A stretch of 64,000 nt of DNA, from contig CM102284.1 of NCBI GenBank assembly GCA_046563655.1, forward strand, positions 7,998,001 through 8,062,000, in the 5' to 3' direction. This document shows, piece after piece, positions 11,857 through 31,640 of this stretch (positions are counted from its first letter, which is position 1; the number at the start of each line of letters is the position of its first letter). This DNA is from Yuukianura sp. NJ FZ-2021 (lineage: Eukaryota). A model generated the notes under the pieces. That model was not told the origin of the DNA and did not search any database. It saw nothing but the letters and a program-made list of their open reading frames with translations. The translations under genes were made by a program, and so were the position numbers.

Positions 11857-12681
11857 TTATAACAGTTTCAGTCTTCCTGTCACTTCGTCCACTTTGGATG
11901 TCGTTCCGAAAATGGCTAGAACTGTTTGTGAGCCGGAAGGGACTTCGGTCAGCCCGGCATCAGCGATTGTTGTGTTCGGGAGTCCAAGCAAATCGGCTTT
12001 CATTGCCAATTCATTCAGTTGCTCTGCATTTTCTCCACGCAGGGCAACTTTCTTGGACCTAAAAAGTAATTAGTTGTGTAATAATTTCCATGATTAATTG
12101 GAGACCTAATTAGTTAAAGTTTTTATACCCATTTTCGTTCCATTGCAAAACGGCTCCGCCGAACCTCTCTTGGCTAGAGATTAGGTGACGATAAAGGTCT
12201 ACTGCGGCATGTCCGACCTGGAAGGTTTTAAAAAGTGAAACCGATTACTAATTGATTATGATTAATTTGCTGGACTCACCTGAGCTGCAATTTTGCCAAC
12301 ACCCATTGGTAAAGAAGTGTTGACTACGAAAACCATTTTATACTCTTCGTAGAGCCCTTCTTCCATTTGCGCATCGCTAACTCCAGCACCACCGTTCTCA
12401 AACACCCAAGCAATTGCAGCCTCCACTGAATTACCACCCGTTTCTTGAACAGCCTGCAAAGTTTAAGTAATTTTTAGCTAATTAAGAATTACTTGAACTT
12501 AATGAATGTTAGTTACCAACTGCGCTGCTTCTCGACTGAATCCCATCTGAGTTATTGCTGCAATCATTGCATCCGTGTCCATGATGTTGCTCAAGGGCGG
12601 AACTCCATGTAAAGGAATAGCAGCTCCTCCACCGATGTTTCCAGCCGCACCGTCCCCTTCTCCTCGCGGTGGCAGACTCAT
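11857..12681 (-). CDS. Peptidyl-tRNA hydrolase 2 family protein with N-terminal UBA domain
   Basis: Exons 12681-12517, 12453-12280, 12217-12129, 12058-11857. UBA: ITQMGFSREAAQLAVQETGGNSVEAAIAW; PTH2: [64 protein letters not shown]. Confidence 0.9.
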
Positions 12682-12926
12682 TACGAAATTAATTGCTCAA
12701 AAAGGAAGTAACAAGAACTAGCAAATTTAAAAAATTCATTGTTAAACCTCTAATGAACGTAAATGTACTGAAGTTTCAGTAAGTGGCTCACCTTCTCTAG
12801 TCTGTCCGCCTCACCTCGCAATGTCGCAATTAATCAACCAATAAGTTAATTAACCCAATTCTAGAATCAGAAAAGCAGTTTTGCTTTTGGTCTTAGTTTT
12901 TTCGAAAACCAAAAAACTGAAATTCG

Positions 12927-13171
12927 GGTTGAGGTAAGCTTTAACGACCGTCATTGTAGCCGCACAGTGTAGCCACTCCGCCATTTTTTGTGGCTACAAT
13001 AGGTGACTACACTGTGTGGCAACTTATGTTGCCACTTTAGGTTAGGTTAGGTTAGGTTAAAGTGGCTACTTAAGTTGCCGCTCAGGTGTAGCCACCCATT
13101 GTAGCCACAAAAAATGGCGGAGCGGCTACACTGTGCGGCTACAATGACGGTCGTTAATCCTTACCTTGACC
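12927..13171. mobile_element. Foldback MITE with central (TTAGG)4 and 8-bp TSD
   Basis: TSD GAAATTCG at 12919-12926 and 13172-13179; ends GGTTGAGGTAAG / CTTACCTTGACC; ~110-bp inverted arms built from TGTAGCC/GGCTACA units; (TTAGG)4 at 13037-13056. Confidence 0.9.
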
Positions 13172-13198
13172 GAAATTCGAATGAATGAATTGCATTTA

Positions 13199-13432
13199 CA
13201 GTCGAGTTTCCCTTTTATTCCATTTGCCAAATACAAAACAAATTGCAGTTGGACTACACTGGGGTTAGAAAATCACATGAGTCTGAAGTCAAATTGTCAT
13301 TGGCAATTCCCCAATTTGCCATTTGGCGTTTCATTTTGCCAGTTCACCGCCAATGTACGGGTGCGAGTTTTGTACTTCTCAATTGTATTTTGTTTTGTAT
13401 TTGGCAAATGGAACAAAAGGGAAACTCGACTG
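13199..13432. mobile_element. 234-bp Tc1/mariner-type MITE (TA TSD), same family as 2531-2764
   Basis: TIR CAGTCGAGTTTCCCTTTT..CCATTTGCCAAATACAAAACAAA and its reverse complement; TA at 13197-13198 and 13433-13434. Confidence 0.9.
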
Positions 13433-13956
13433 TAATTTTCAATTTCAACTTTTATTTTCAAAATCTTTGGTTTCGCGCCATTTCAATATTTTGACCTTGA
13501 GATTTTCTGAATCCCGCCTCCCGGGAAAATGTTCTAACTTTCATTTTTTTAAAAATTCATAAAATTTGTCGAATTTCTTTCGAATTTCGTAAATCCAGTG
13601 ACTGCACTTTCCTTACAAGTAGGAGATAAGTCTGAAAAAATATAAAAATATTTAAATTCTACTAGAAGTTTAACAAATATTTCGCAATACATCTACAGAT
13701 CATCGTATTATCTCAGAACCCGATTTTTTATGTGAGGTATTTGAAGAATTTGAAAAGTTTTTCTAAACTGCACGCGGTTCAAAACGTATTTGAATTGAAA
13801 CACTGGTGGTACTTTTGCATGCACTTTGCATCCAGCTCACCTGACATGCGCATGTGAATGGAGTGCAGTTTGGAGAGTAGGAAGGAACAAAAGTAAGTTT
13901 GAGTTGTTGTTGGCAGTTTGGAAAGGGAAAAACAAGAATTGAGTATCAGTTGAAGA

Positions 13957-15484
13957 CATAGTTCGGCACTTCTGGCGCGCTCCCAAACACCCGATCCCCG
14001 ATCTTTTGCCTTTACCCCGCGATCTTACTGGCTGCGATCCCCGCTCTTTGGGCCTACCTCGCGATCTTACTGGCGGCGATCCCCGCTCTTTGGGCCTACC
14101 TCGCGATCTTACTGGACGCGATCCCCGCTCTTTGGACCTACCTCGCGATCTTACTGGACGCGATCCCGATCCTTGGGGGGTTTACAGCGCTCCCAAGCGA
14201 TCTTTTTCCGTTCCCCGATCCCAAAAAAATTGACGAGTTAACTTTTATGTAATTGAGCATTAATTAAAGACGCAAGTAATGAAAAGAATTTTGGGTTAAT
14301 TAATTTATTGTTATTAAGTATTTATAAATACTTAATAATAATTAATACTTAATAAATACTTAATAATAATAAAAAAAATTAAGTTTAGAAAACTGAAGGA
14401 CTCCCGTAACAAACTATGTAAAAAAAAATTTCACCGTGTTGCTCATTTCCGGTGAATTTGTATTCATAATAATTATAAATTATCATATAGAAGGACTCGA
14501 CTTTTGGAAAAAGTCAGGATTAGGCTAACAAATTCACTACAGTACATTTTCCTTTTTTATGGAAATTTAAAAAATCCCAAATTATTGATTTTTAAAAACA
14601 GCATCACACCTTCTAACTTTCTACAGAAGGACTTTTGGAAAAAGTCAGGATTAGGCTAACAAATTCACTGGTGCATTTTCCTTTTTTATGGAAATATTAA
14701 ACGTTTGAAACGGACCGACCGACAGTTCTTTTTACAAATTAGCACTTTCAACTCGAAGTTATTTTCTAGGCAACGACATTGGCCCTTCTTCGTCTAAACC
14801 CCATAATTCTTGTTCAGCATACTTTATTTAGTGTAATAAACAAAATGTCGGCCACATCCCAGCCGTTCCATAAATAACCAAGGTTTACCAAGCACGAAAT
14901 TTGTGTTAGACAATTATGATTGTCTCCGTCCAACAATTTAAATTTGAAACGTACTACTCGCCACTAGGCCTAGATAGCTCACTATGCTGAATTCTGATTT
15001 TACACAGTCGAAGTGACAGTACAGAATACGCACATCGGGTAAAGGAGAGGAACATGGCTTTACTAACTTTATCAAATTTCCCCATCCCGCTGCTTTCTCG
15101 TTTTGGTCAAGAAGAAAAAAACGTCAGAGGAATAGTCAGACCCAATTTTAAAGTTAGCAAAGGAGGAAGTCTTCGCCCAAGCCCTGATTCTCCTCCCTTA
15201 TCTCACCTCGCCTCGGCACTTATGTTGCGCTCCCAAACACCCGATCCCCGATCTTTTGCCCTTACCCCGCGATCTTACTGGCCGCGATCCCCGATCTTTG
15301 CGTCTACCTAGCGATCTTACTGGCTGCGATCCCCGCTCTTTCGGCCTACCTCGCGATCTTACTGGAGGCGATCCCCGATCTTTGGGCCTTCCCCGCGATC
15401 TTACTGGAAGCGATCCCCGATCTGGGATCGGAGATCGGGGAGCGCAGGATCGCTGGCTTGGGATCGCGAAAGTGCCGAACTATG
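13957..15484. mobile_element. 1.5-kb non-autonomous hAT- or P-type element with 42-bp tandem arrays
   Basis: Perfect 15-bp TIR CATAGTTCGGCACTT / AAGTGCCGAACTATG; 8-bp TSD GTTGAAGA at 13949-13956 and 15485-15492; 42-bp unit (CGCGATCTTACTGG..CGATCCCCG.TCTTTGGGCCTACCT) arrays at ~14018-14170 and ~15268-15420; no transposase ORF. Confidence 0.9.
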
Positions 15485-16980
15485 GTTGAAGACTGGAATT
15501 CATTCAGTTACATCGGAGGAAACTACTAATTAAACTTAATTATAAAGTTAAAGTGTCCATTAATCATCAACTAAAGTTAGGTAAAACATCTGTTGAGAGG
15601 AGAGACTGCTCTAAGTGTGATTTAGTGCACTCCGTTAGTACCACAAGCAACCAGTACCAGATCAGTGACCCAAGGAGAGATAAAGTGAACGAACCACTTC
15701 ACAAAATTGACATCATCTTCTGACTCTCCTGATTTCTGATTCTCATCTCATCTCGTCGCAAGCAAAAACAACCACAAACTGAGAAGGTATGGATTTAAGT
15801 TACACTAGTTTTAAGTTCTGTGTAGATTTGAGTATTTAGTAAAACCTGAACTTAGTTTTAAGAACAACGGGTAATCGTACGTCGCTAAAAACGTGAACTT
15901 CAATTGAATTTGAGATTGTCGATAGCTAAATGGTAAATAACGAGTTCTAGTAGGGTGAAGCAGGAGAGGAAGCGAGGAAGTATGGAAAATGGTGATTTTG
16001 AAGATTATAATTTCATAACACCTTGAGATGACTTGAGTGTGAATTCAATTAAGTGTGAAGTGTTAGCCAAAAGAGATAAGTTTTAATCAGGCAGAACCAT
16101 AGTGTGGGAAACTGAGAATTATTCCACACATCACTCACAATTTTTATGGTAAAACTCCCTAGGTGAGAGGTGACCAAAGACCAGCAACGGACTCGGACAG
16201 CCTCACTTTATCAACTTCGGGATTTTTTTAGTACTTTATCCATAAATGGACTCGGTTGATGACTAATTCTCTTTTTAACTGATATCTGTTCATGTTCATT
16301 CCAGGCACTCCAGGGATTACGCTTTTTAGCAAGGCCGAGATAGAAGTTGTGATAAATATTGGGATTGGGGATCAGGTTACACTTCAAATTTTCCTTGTGG
16401 TTTCAAAAATACATTTTTCTACTTGATTTTTTGATAACTTCCGGTGTTTCTTGGTAGCGGAAATGAAGTACGTGTGGAGATTTACAATTGGGAGGAAAGA
16501 CGTTTAGTTTGTCGTGTTTTAGAAACCGTTCCAAAGTTAGCTTACACTCCTGCGGTATGTACCTCATAAAGTGACATTTGATATTTTGTGTTTATTTTTA
16601 GACACGCGGAAGCCGACGACGATGATGATGTTGGTGGTGTAAAGTCAACTCCCATTTGCAGTATTCTGTAAACTACGGTGACACGGTGACAGATGGAGAA
16701 CATGAGATTGGACTAAAATAGCAAAGCAGAAGACGGAAACAGTTTGCTTTTGGAAAAGTTTTCAATTTCGACAACTCAAATCATCTGTAACTGTTGGATT
16801 TCAAAATTAATCAATGGGACAACTTGACGGAAGATGAAAACAGAACCTGTCTACTAAAAAGTCGACGTTTGTCCTTCAGTTTCTGTGAAAGCAGTGAAGT
16901 GTAACCAGGAAAAGGTGACGACAAGGACACCAGCGACAGCAGTCTAAAATTGTCATCGTCAACTCTGGAATTTTGCGAAG

Positions 16981-24223
<7,243 letters not shown>

Positions 24224-25378
24224 ACTTCCTAAAGTTCTAAAACTTCTAAAATCGAAAAACTACAAAGAGAAAGAGGATGAAAATGGCCGTGATTCGACGG
24301 GTTTTTTGTAGAAAAGTGAAAATTGATGGAAATATTGTGTAAAATGTTGTCCGAAAGAAGTTGAAAATCGTGAGTTGTTTAGTGACGTTTGGTAGAGAAA
24401 TATTTTGTGGAAATGGGCGAAAAAACGAAATTAATGGCGAAGAGGTTGAGTATTTTTGGTTTTTCGGACAATCGTACTGCGTTGATTCTTGAAAATGTTA
24501 TCGTTTTTGAGCATTCTCCCATTGCCCTTGAAGTAATAACTTATTTTCAGAAAAGTTAGGGTAACCTAACTAGCGTAACTTGAAAACAAAGTATTGTTAA
24601 CTACTATAAACACCGCAAGTACTACTTGCCAGTACTAGATACTTGCCAGTAGTACTGCCCAGTATGTACTGTGCCCTCCTAAGTGTTGAGATACCTTGAT
24701 ATCAGTTGTTAATTGTGCCTCGAGATTATTGGTGACTTGAGAAACGGTTATTCGTTCAAAATGGGTAAAAATGAATTCATTATTTTAAAATTTAAAAAGT
24801 ATTCAAAATACTAATGTTGGAATTGAGCTGAATTTAAAGTTTAAAAATCGTATTTTAAGGAGGAACTGAGAAAGGGGAGAGATGAAGAAAAAGCTTTAGA
24901 AAAACTGAATTAGTGAGTTGAGAAGCATTCCATTAATTTAAAGTTAATTAGCAAAGTTTTCCTGAGGTCAATTAACAGTTTGTGCAGTTAAGTTTGGTCA
25001 ATTATCGTGAGAGTGAACTTCTCACACACAGGAGTGACATGTTTTTTTTTAAGTAAATGGAGTAAAGATGAGTTTAGCAACTAACTTGTTTCTGTTTAGC
25101 TATTTAGCATGATTTGAAATGTGTTGATTTTGTTGTTTACGATTAATTAATTAATTTAATTTAATTAATCAATTAAGTCCTACACGCTCCTGTAAGTGAA
25201 TTTGTAGGGAAAGTTAGGAGTAAGTTGACCTTAAAAAGAGAAAGGAAATAAGAGTAATAAAAGTAAATGACGCCCTGTGCCATTTCCAATGGGTTAGAGG
25301 TTAGATATGCTGGAAATACTGTCAGATGTGCTGGAAATGCTGGAAGTACTGGCAGATGTGCTGGAAAAATATAGATAT

Positions 25379-26605
25379 TTATTTGATAATCTTGTAAATA
25401 TTGATAGCTCTGTCTTCACCGACTGAGCATAGTTTGGAATTGGATCCCCAAGCTACTCCCCAAACTTGGTCAGTATGTGCTTCTGCGAAGACGTTCAAAC
25501 AGGCTCGAGTGGCCAAATCCCAGAGACGAACGGATTTGTCTGAACTGGACGAAGCGAAGGTTTTGCCGTCTGGAGAAAATGCTACGCTGAGCACCCACGA
25601 ACTATGACCTGAGATCGTTCCGACAACTTGGAAGTCGGATCTGAAATTTAGTACGTTAATTAGTATGAGGTAATTTATTAGTTAAATCGTAGTTCAATTG
25701 TATTCAAGTGTAGGATCGCATTCAGACTTACAAAGCGTAGATTTTGATGTGTTTGTCATCTGACCCTGTCAGAAGTAGTTTGGAGTCTGGAGAAAATGCA
25801 AGAGCTCGGACAGGCATCGCGTGACCTTCTAATGTTTTCGAATGGTTTCCTTCTCCGTCCAACAAACTGACAAGTCCATTCGAACTGCCACAAGCAATCC
25901 ACCTGTAAATCAATAATTGAAGTTGAGTTAGTTTAACATAAGTTTGTTTACGTTAGTTTTAACTTTGTAATTCTGGAACTCACTTTCCATCTGGACTAGT
26001 GGCTATGCTCAAAGCCATCTTTTGCTTGGTGTCCAGTGACTTCTCTTTCTTGCCCGAGTCCACACTGAACATTTCTACTTTCCCTTCAGAATTTCCGGTA
26101 AGAACGAACTGAGAATCGCGTGTGAATTGGACTGTCCAGGACTCCAGTGGCCCACATTCAATCTTCCTGATTTGCTCACAAGTGGCAAAGTCCCAGAGAC
26201 TAATATTGTTGTCCAGTGAAGCCGTAGCGAATGTCTTTCCAGATGGAGCAATACATACTGACATCACGCCAAGATTGTGACCGAGGAGAGTGCGCTCCAG
26301 AATCAACTCACCATTGTCGTATTTCCAGACCTATGAACAAGTAAACCAATTTCATAAATGCTGCGGATATTATTGGCAAAGCTAAGTTGAATTCTGGTTA
26401 ACCTTAACAGTATCGTCAAGTGATCCGGTAACTATTCTGTCCAGGATGTCTCCAGCCTCATTCACAGCATTTCCTTGACCCCAGTCAACTGCCCAGATCG
26501 CCTCTTCATGTGCTGCTTCGTGACGTTTCTCAATCGAATACTGAAAACCACCACTAATTAAAATAACATTCATTCACTCAATTCTTAGCATAAATGACTT
26601 ACCAT
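25379..26605 (-). CDS. WDR61: WD repeat protein 61 (Ski8; SKI/PAF complex subunit)
   Basis: ATG-only first coding exon 26605-26603, then 26540-26403, 26330-25984, 25902-25732, 25640-25379. [63 protein letters not shown] are WDR61-type repeats. Confidence 0.93.
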
Positions 26606-26815
26606 AGTTTAAGGATTGATTAAAGCTTAGTCCTCGCTGATCTCGGACGACTCTCCACAAATAAGCCTAAATAAAAACGATTAAATCAACTAATCACGAC
26701 TTAGTATTTAGTGAGCCAATTCAATTTGCAACAACTGTTGTGCTTGTCAAATCCAAATGTCCAAATTTCCGGCAGTCAATGAGTCAATTGACAGATTTTC
26801 GCGCTAGCTACACTA

Positions 26816-27025
26816 GGGGCGAGGTAAGGCAGAGGTGGCGTGTGTTAATCCTCCATATCCCCTCCGGAACTCCCTCCAGTGGTTTAGACTTCGCTGTTGC
26901 CAATCATGTAACCTAACCTAACCTAACCTTAAAATGAATAGACAACAGCGAACTATAAACCACTGGAGGGAGTTCCGGAGGGGATATGGAGTATTAACAC
27001 ACGCCACCTCTGCCTTACTCCTGCC
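26816..27025. mobile_element. Foldback MITE with central (TAACC)4 and 8-bp TSD
   Basis: Direct repeat CTACACTA at 26808-26815 and 27025-27032 (boundary ambiguous by 1 nt); ends GGGCGAGGTAAG / CTTACTCCTGCC; ~80-bp inverted arms; (TAACC)4 at 26909-26928. Confidence 0.88.
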
Positions 27026-27407
27026 TACACTACTAGTACAACGACGGATGTTTCAACTTATTGCAATTCAATAGAGAAATGTATGAACAGTAAACGGAGG
27101 AGTAGCGTTTTTAGCAAACACAGGAGAAAATAAAAAAATTTTGCAACAATTTTTGCATTAAAATTACGTAGAATGTTGTTTTATGCCTTGACCCCAGCGA
27201 TAGAGTTACAGAAATCGCCGCAAAGATGTATTTTTTAGAAATGTTCTAAAATAGGAAAAAACATTCGGAGAGTTTTTGAAGTGTATTTTTGCATTGGGAG
27301 ATAGGCGAGAGAGCAGAAAAGTAGATCGGAGATTATACTAAGCGAAGAGGCGAGATAGGGCTTTTGGCCTTGTGTGCTTTTGTATGAGGAAGATAGGCGC
27401 CGTTGAG

Positions 27408-28141
27408 AAGGATAGGGAAGGGAGTGTAGCCTTCCTGCTTCGCATAATCTCCTGTCAACTTTTCCTCTCTTCTGCCTATCCCCCAATGTTAAACTTCAGT
27501 TCAAAATCAGAGTGGGTGACAAGGGTGGTGTGCAGTAACTCCTACTCCAACCACACAAATTCAGAGGGTAAGGATAGGGAAGGGAGTGTAGCCTTCCTGC
27601 TTCGCATAATCTCCTCTCAACTTTTCCTCTCTTCTGCCTATCCCCCAATGTTAAACTTCAGTTCAAAATCAGAGTGGGTGACAAGGGTGGTGTGCAGTAA
27701 CTCCTACTCCAACCACACAAATTCAGAGGGTAAGGATAGGGAAGGGAGTGTAGCCTTCCTGCTTCGCATAATCTCCTGTCAACTTTTCCTCTCTTCTGCC
27801 TATCCCCCAATGTTAAACTTCAGTTCAAAATCAGAGTGGGTGACAAGGGTGGTGTGCAGTAACTCCTACTCCAACCACACAGATTCAGAGGAAGGGAGTG
27901 TAGCCTTCCTGCTTCGCATAATCTCCTGTCAACTTTTCCTGTCTTCTGCCTATCCCCCAATGTTAAACTTCAGTTCAAAATCAGAGTGGGTGACAAGGGT
28001 GGTGTGCAGTAACTCCTACTCCAACCACACAAATTCAGAGGGTAAGGATAGGGAAGGGAGTGTAGCCTTCCTGCTTCGCAGAATCTCCTGTCAACTTTTC
28101 CTCTCTTCTGCCTATCCCCCAATGTTAAACTTCAGTTCAAA
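27408..28141. repeat. 162-bp tandem array (~4.6 near-identical copies)
   Basis: Units start at 27408, 27570, 27732, ~27891 (12-bp deletion) and 28044; very few substitutions between copies. Confidence 0.95.
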
Positions 28142-28601
28142 GCTTTCAAAAATGTCGTGTTTCAAGTTAGTTTAGTATGATTGTAATTCGAAGACAATAA
28201 CGAACCGAATCTAATTAATTGATGAATACTTAATTATAACACACCAGCTTGGTTGGCCTTAAGAATTGCAATTAAATGGTGGAATTAACAAATAAAATTG
28301 TAGTTTAGTCAAGAAAATTGCATTTACACAAAGATTTATTAGTAAATAAACTTCAGCAATTTAAATAATACTTCTCGATACTGAAAATAAGTTAACGAAC
28401 ACGGTTTCTTTAAGCACTCGGTTTCATTGAAAAATACGAACATTTAAAACGAAAGATGTCGTTCAGCGTTAATCATCAATCGTTAAATTGCGAGCAGGAA
28501 TGTTACTGGTGGTGTACATAGTAAAAGCTACAGGTCCAGAAGTATTGTAAGCAAATCCACTACAAGAAAAAAGACGCCGATGTGATCGTGCCACTGATTG
28601 T

Positions 28602-31443
28602 TCAAACATCATCGAAAAGATCTCTCGGAGGTTGTCTGTGTTCTGGCGTACCGTACGACGCTTGTTCTCGATCCGTACTGCGTATCGGTACGGAGGATGC
28701 CCTGGACCAAGTGCTCGGCTCCTCCGTGACTGTTTAGACACAAATTATAACTCTCGTTAATCCTAAACTCCCGAAATGTCATAGTTCAAAACTGAAATTA
28801 ACCTTACCCTCAGTTCTGGCTACAGGCTGCTGCATTCTAGTATATTTCTGTCGTCGATCAACGGAATCTTCTAGTCGCTGACGACGTCGTTTCTCTAATA
28901 GTCAAAGAATGAATTTTTACAATTTACACTAATCATAACCAGTAAATAATTGTGAGCGACACTGACCTCTTTGGATTAAAACTTGGCCTTCAGTGACCAA
29001 TTCTCCCGTCACATCATCTTCGACTAGAAACTGATGAAATCCGATGATGTTGAGGACGCGTGTTCCAACTTTAAAGTACGTCAGAACACCGATGAAGAGT
29101 ATTCCCATCGGGAAGTAAATGTTAAAACCATCGGAAATCAGCGACAGAACGTCCAAGTGACCCATCACTAAAAGTTAAACATAAACGCTGTTCAAAAAGA
29201 ATCCAACACGGGAAGGCTCAAATATCTCATTAATCGTAGTTTTGTCTTTCGACCTTGTGTGTAAGCTGTCTCCGACGTCTCATCTTTTATGACATGACTG
29301 TCCATATGAATCAATCCCAGAAAGTTCAGACAAATCGGCGGAGTCAGGCGACAAAGGAACCTGAAAATCCATTGAATGCAATTAACTTTTAAGATTAGTT
29401 AGACAATTAGATTAATCAGGAAAAGAGAACTCAGTTTTGCTAACATTCCAGCAAAGATGAGGGAATATTCGTCTGTTTGATGTCGTCTGGCCAAGTAGTA
29501 GTAGTTTAGAATCCGAATTTTGAATACAGTGTAGTACGCACAGACGCACAAGTACGCAATAGTGAAGGTAGAGATGACTTCAATGGCAAAGTAATTGTAG
29601 TTGACACTCGCCTTGTTGATGAATACCGCAAATAAACTAATTGCTGGACTCTTGATGAAGAAAGTAGCCTCACTCCAAATGACAAAGATTGACATGATGG
29701 CGGTAAACGTCGCTAGCAATTTCAGCACCCAATTGGACACGCAGCACTGCCAGTACCACTCTGAAATCAAAAATCCAAAAACGAGAATGGTTTATTATAA
29801 CTAATGTATAAGTTTTCTAAAATTCGGGCTTCTCAAAGAACTTCCATTTACCGATTCTGTCACCCCAGAAAGGCCGAACTTTGTCTCCATGCGTGCGTTT
29901 GAATACGCGTTGATTGGATTTGACGTTTCTCTCGATGTCTTCCAGTTCCAATGTGCGAGTGATTTGTTCAGTCCACTGTGTCTCTGTACGGTGATAAGTC
30001 TGGAGACAACGCTTGATTTGTCGATGAAGTTTGACGAGATACTTGTGATCAATTGGAGCAACAGGTGACTCCACGCGACGACGGTTCATCCGTTCACGAA
30101 ATTCTAGCGGAACTTGAGTCAAAATGGTGTCCAAGTTTGCTGACAGCGGAGTCCCCGGTGGCAACGACTTCAAACTCGAACTCAGGTTCTAAGATTAGGC
30201 AATCACACGGATGTACTTCAAGTAACCACTGAACTGACCCAAAGTCTAACAATTTAGCTAAATCAATTACCTCCAGAGCATCGTCCAAATGTTCTTCGGC
30301 CGAGTTGCGTTCAGCTGCCAGTTTAGACATTTTGAAGTAAGCTCTGTTTATCGAGTATCCTCTGCAAGAAATGTTCCAAATATTCCTCGGAACGGCCACT
30401 AGTCCGTATCCTGTGAAAATGAACAGTTGATTAATTGATCAATTCTCAACACTTTCAGATAAATCTTTTGTTTACCAAGCATAAAAACTAGGAGGAAAAG
30501 TCCCCATGTGTTTGACGCTGAAGCTTTAAAAAAAAAACAACAAACTGTTAAAATGAGAGTGAAGTACTGAATCTCAGTACTGAATTGGAGAATTTTACGG
30601 ATAGGCGGCGGTAATCTTTCGCTAGTAACGTCAACCATTCATGACGTAGCGCTTTGTACAATTGCTGACTTACCTGCTATCACCTTTAAGCGAGAGCTGT
30701 GTAAAAGAGTGAAGTTGAATTGAGCAACTAATTACACTATAGACTACGATTAATAATCAAAGCTTTACAAGTCCAGCTGCAAGTCGGGTTTGATGGCGAT
30801 GTAAGCCAGTAGTATTCCGCAAATGAAGAGGTAAGATCCATAGTAAATGAGGTTGTCAAGAATAGCAGCCTTCAGTTTCCCCTGAACAGTGAACTCTCCA
30901 GCTCTCGTGTACGACTGCATCATGGGCAAGATGATCCTGAAAGTTAAATCACGACGTGTTCAACTAAATGCTTGACGTTGCAACAGCGATTCTTCAATTA
31001 CCATGTGAGACACTGACTGGACCAGTACACCACTCTCCACAAATTGGATAAAACGCCTGGCTCCAAGTAGGAGTAAGGGCGTTGGCACTCTGTAGAGTTA
31101 CCAGCCGAAGGGATACTGGCAGCAGTAGTGCTGGAACTGCTGTCAGTACTTTCATTTGCTTGAACTTCCGTGTTCTTCTGTATGCAATTTCCATAGATTG
31201 TCTGCAAATCAAATGAAAACATCAAACAGCTGTTAATTAATCACGACGATTACTTAGATGATTACTTACATTTGATACATCCAATGGAATGACAGTGACG
31301 ATGATAAAGGAAAAGTACCAAGCAATTAGTACAGCGATGGTGACGACGACATGATGTCGATACCAGTTACCGTAGTGGAATAAGAGGAACACTGCCAGGA
31401 GGAATGTAATGACCAGGTCAAATCCAAGTTCCACACTTGACAT
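28602..31443 (-). CDS. LMBRD2: LMBR1 domain-containing protein 2
   Basis: Multi-exon membrane protein starting [13 protein letters not shown]; motifs [81 protein letters not shown], ending PPRDLFDDV* at 28602. Includes a 23-nt micro-exon at 30674-30696. Confidence 0.93.
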
Positions 31444-31630
31444 GGCTGTGACCCCTTCCTTCTAAAGACACCAATTACGTTTTACAATCGTTAAACACAT
31501 TAAAACAATACAATTAACACGTTTTAGTTAAGTTAAAATGAAACTTAACATAACAAATTCAGCTCAAAAACTGAAAATCTAAATGCTACGTCATCCTCCA
31601 AAAAATATTTTTTATCTGTCAGCCTTCCAC

Positions 31631-31640
31631 GCCACGTGAC
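31631..31640. promoter_or_regulatory. E-box (GTCACGTG, MiT/USF-type) upstream of LMBRD2
   Basis: GCCACGTGAC about 190 bp upstream of the LMBRD2 ATG; motif match only. Confidence 0.25.

Noticed and set aside
14006-15489. PRDLTG-repeat ORFs
   Set aside because: Translations of the 42-bp arrays inside a TIR element, with non-ATG starts.
27372-28175. 267-aa repetitive ORF / CRISPR-like appearance
   Set aside because: The ORF is a by-product of a stop-free 162-bp unit; intervening segments are identical rather than unique spacers, there are no cas genes and the DNA is eukaryotic.
28469-28741. 90-aa minus ORF as LMBRD2 last exon
   Set aside because: Wrong frame; the spliced frame ends PPRDLFDDV* at 28602.
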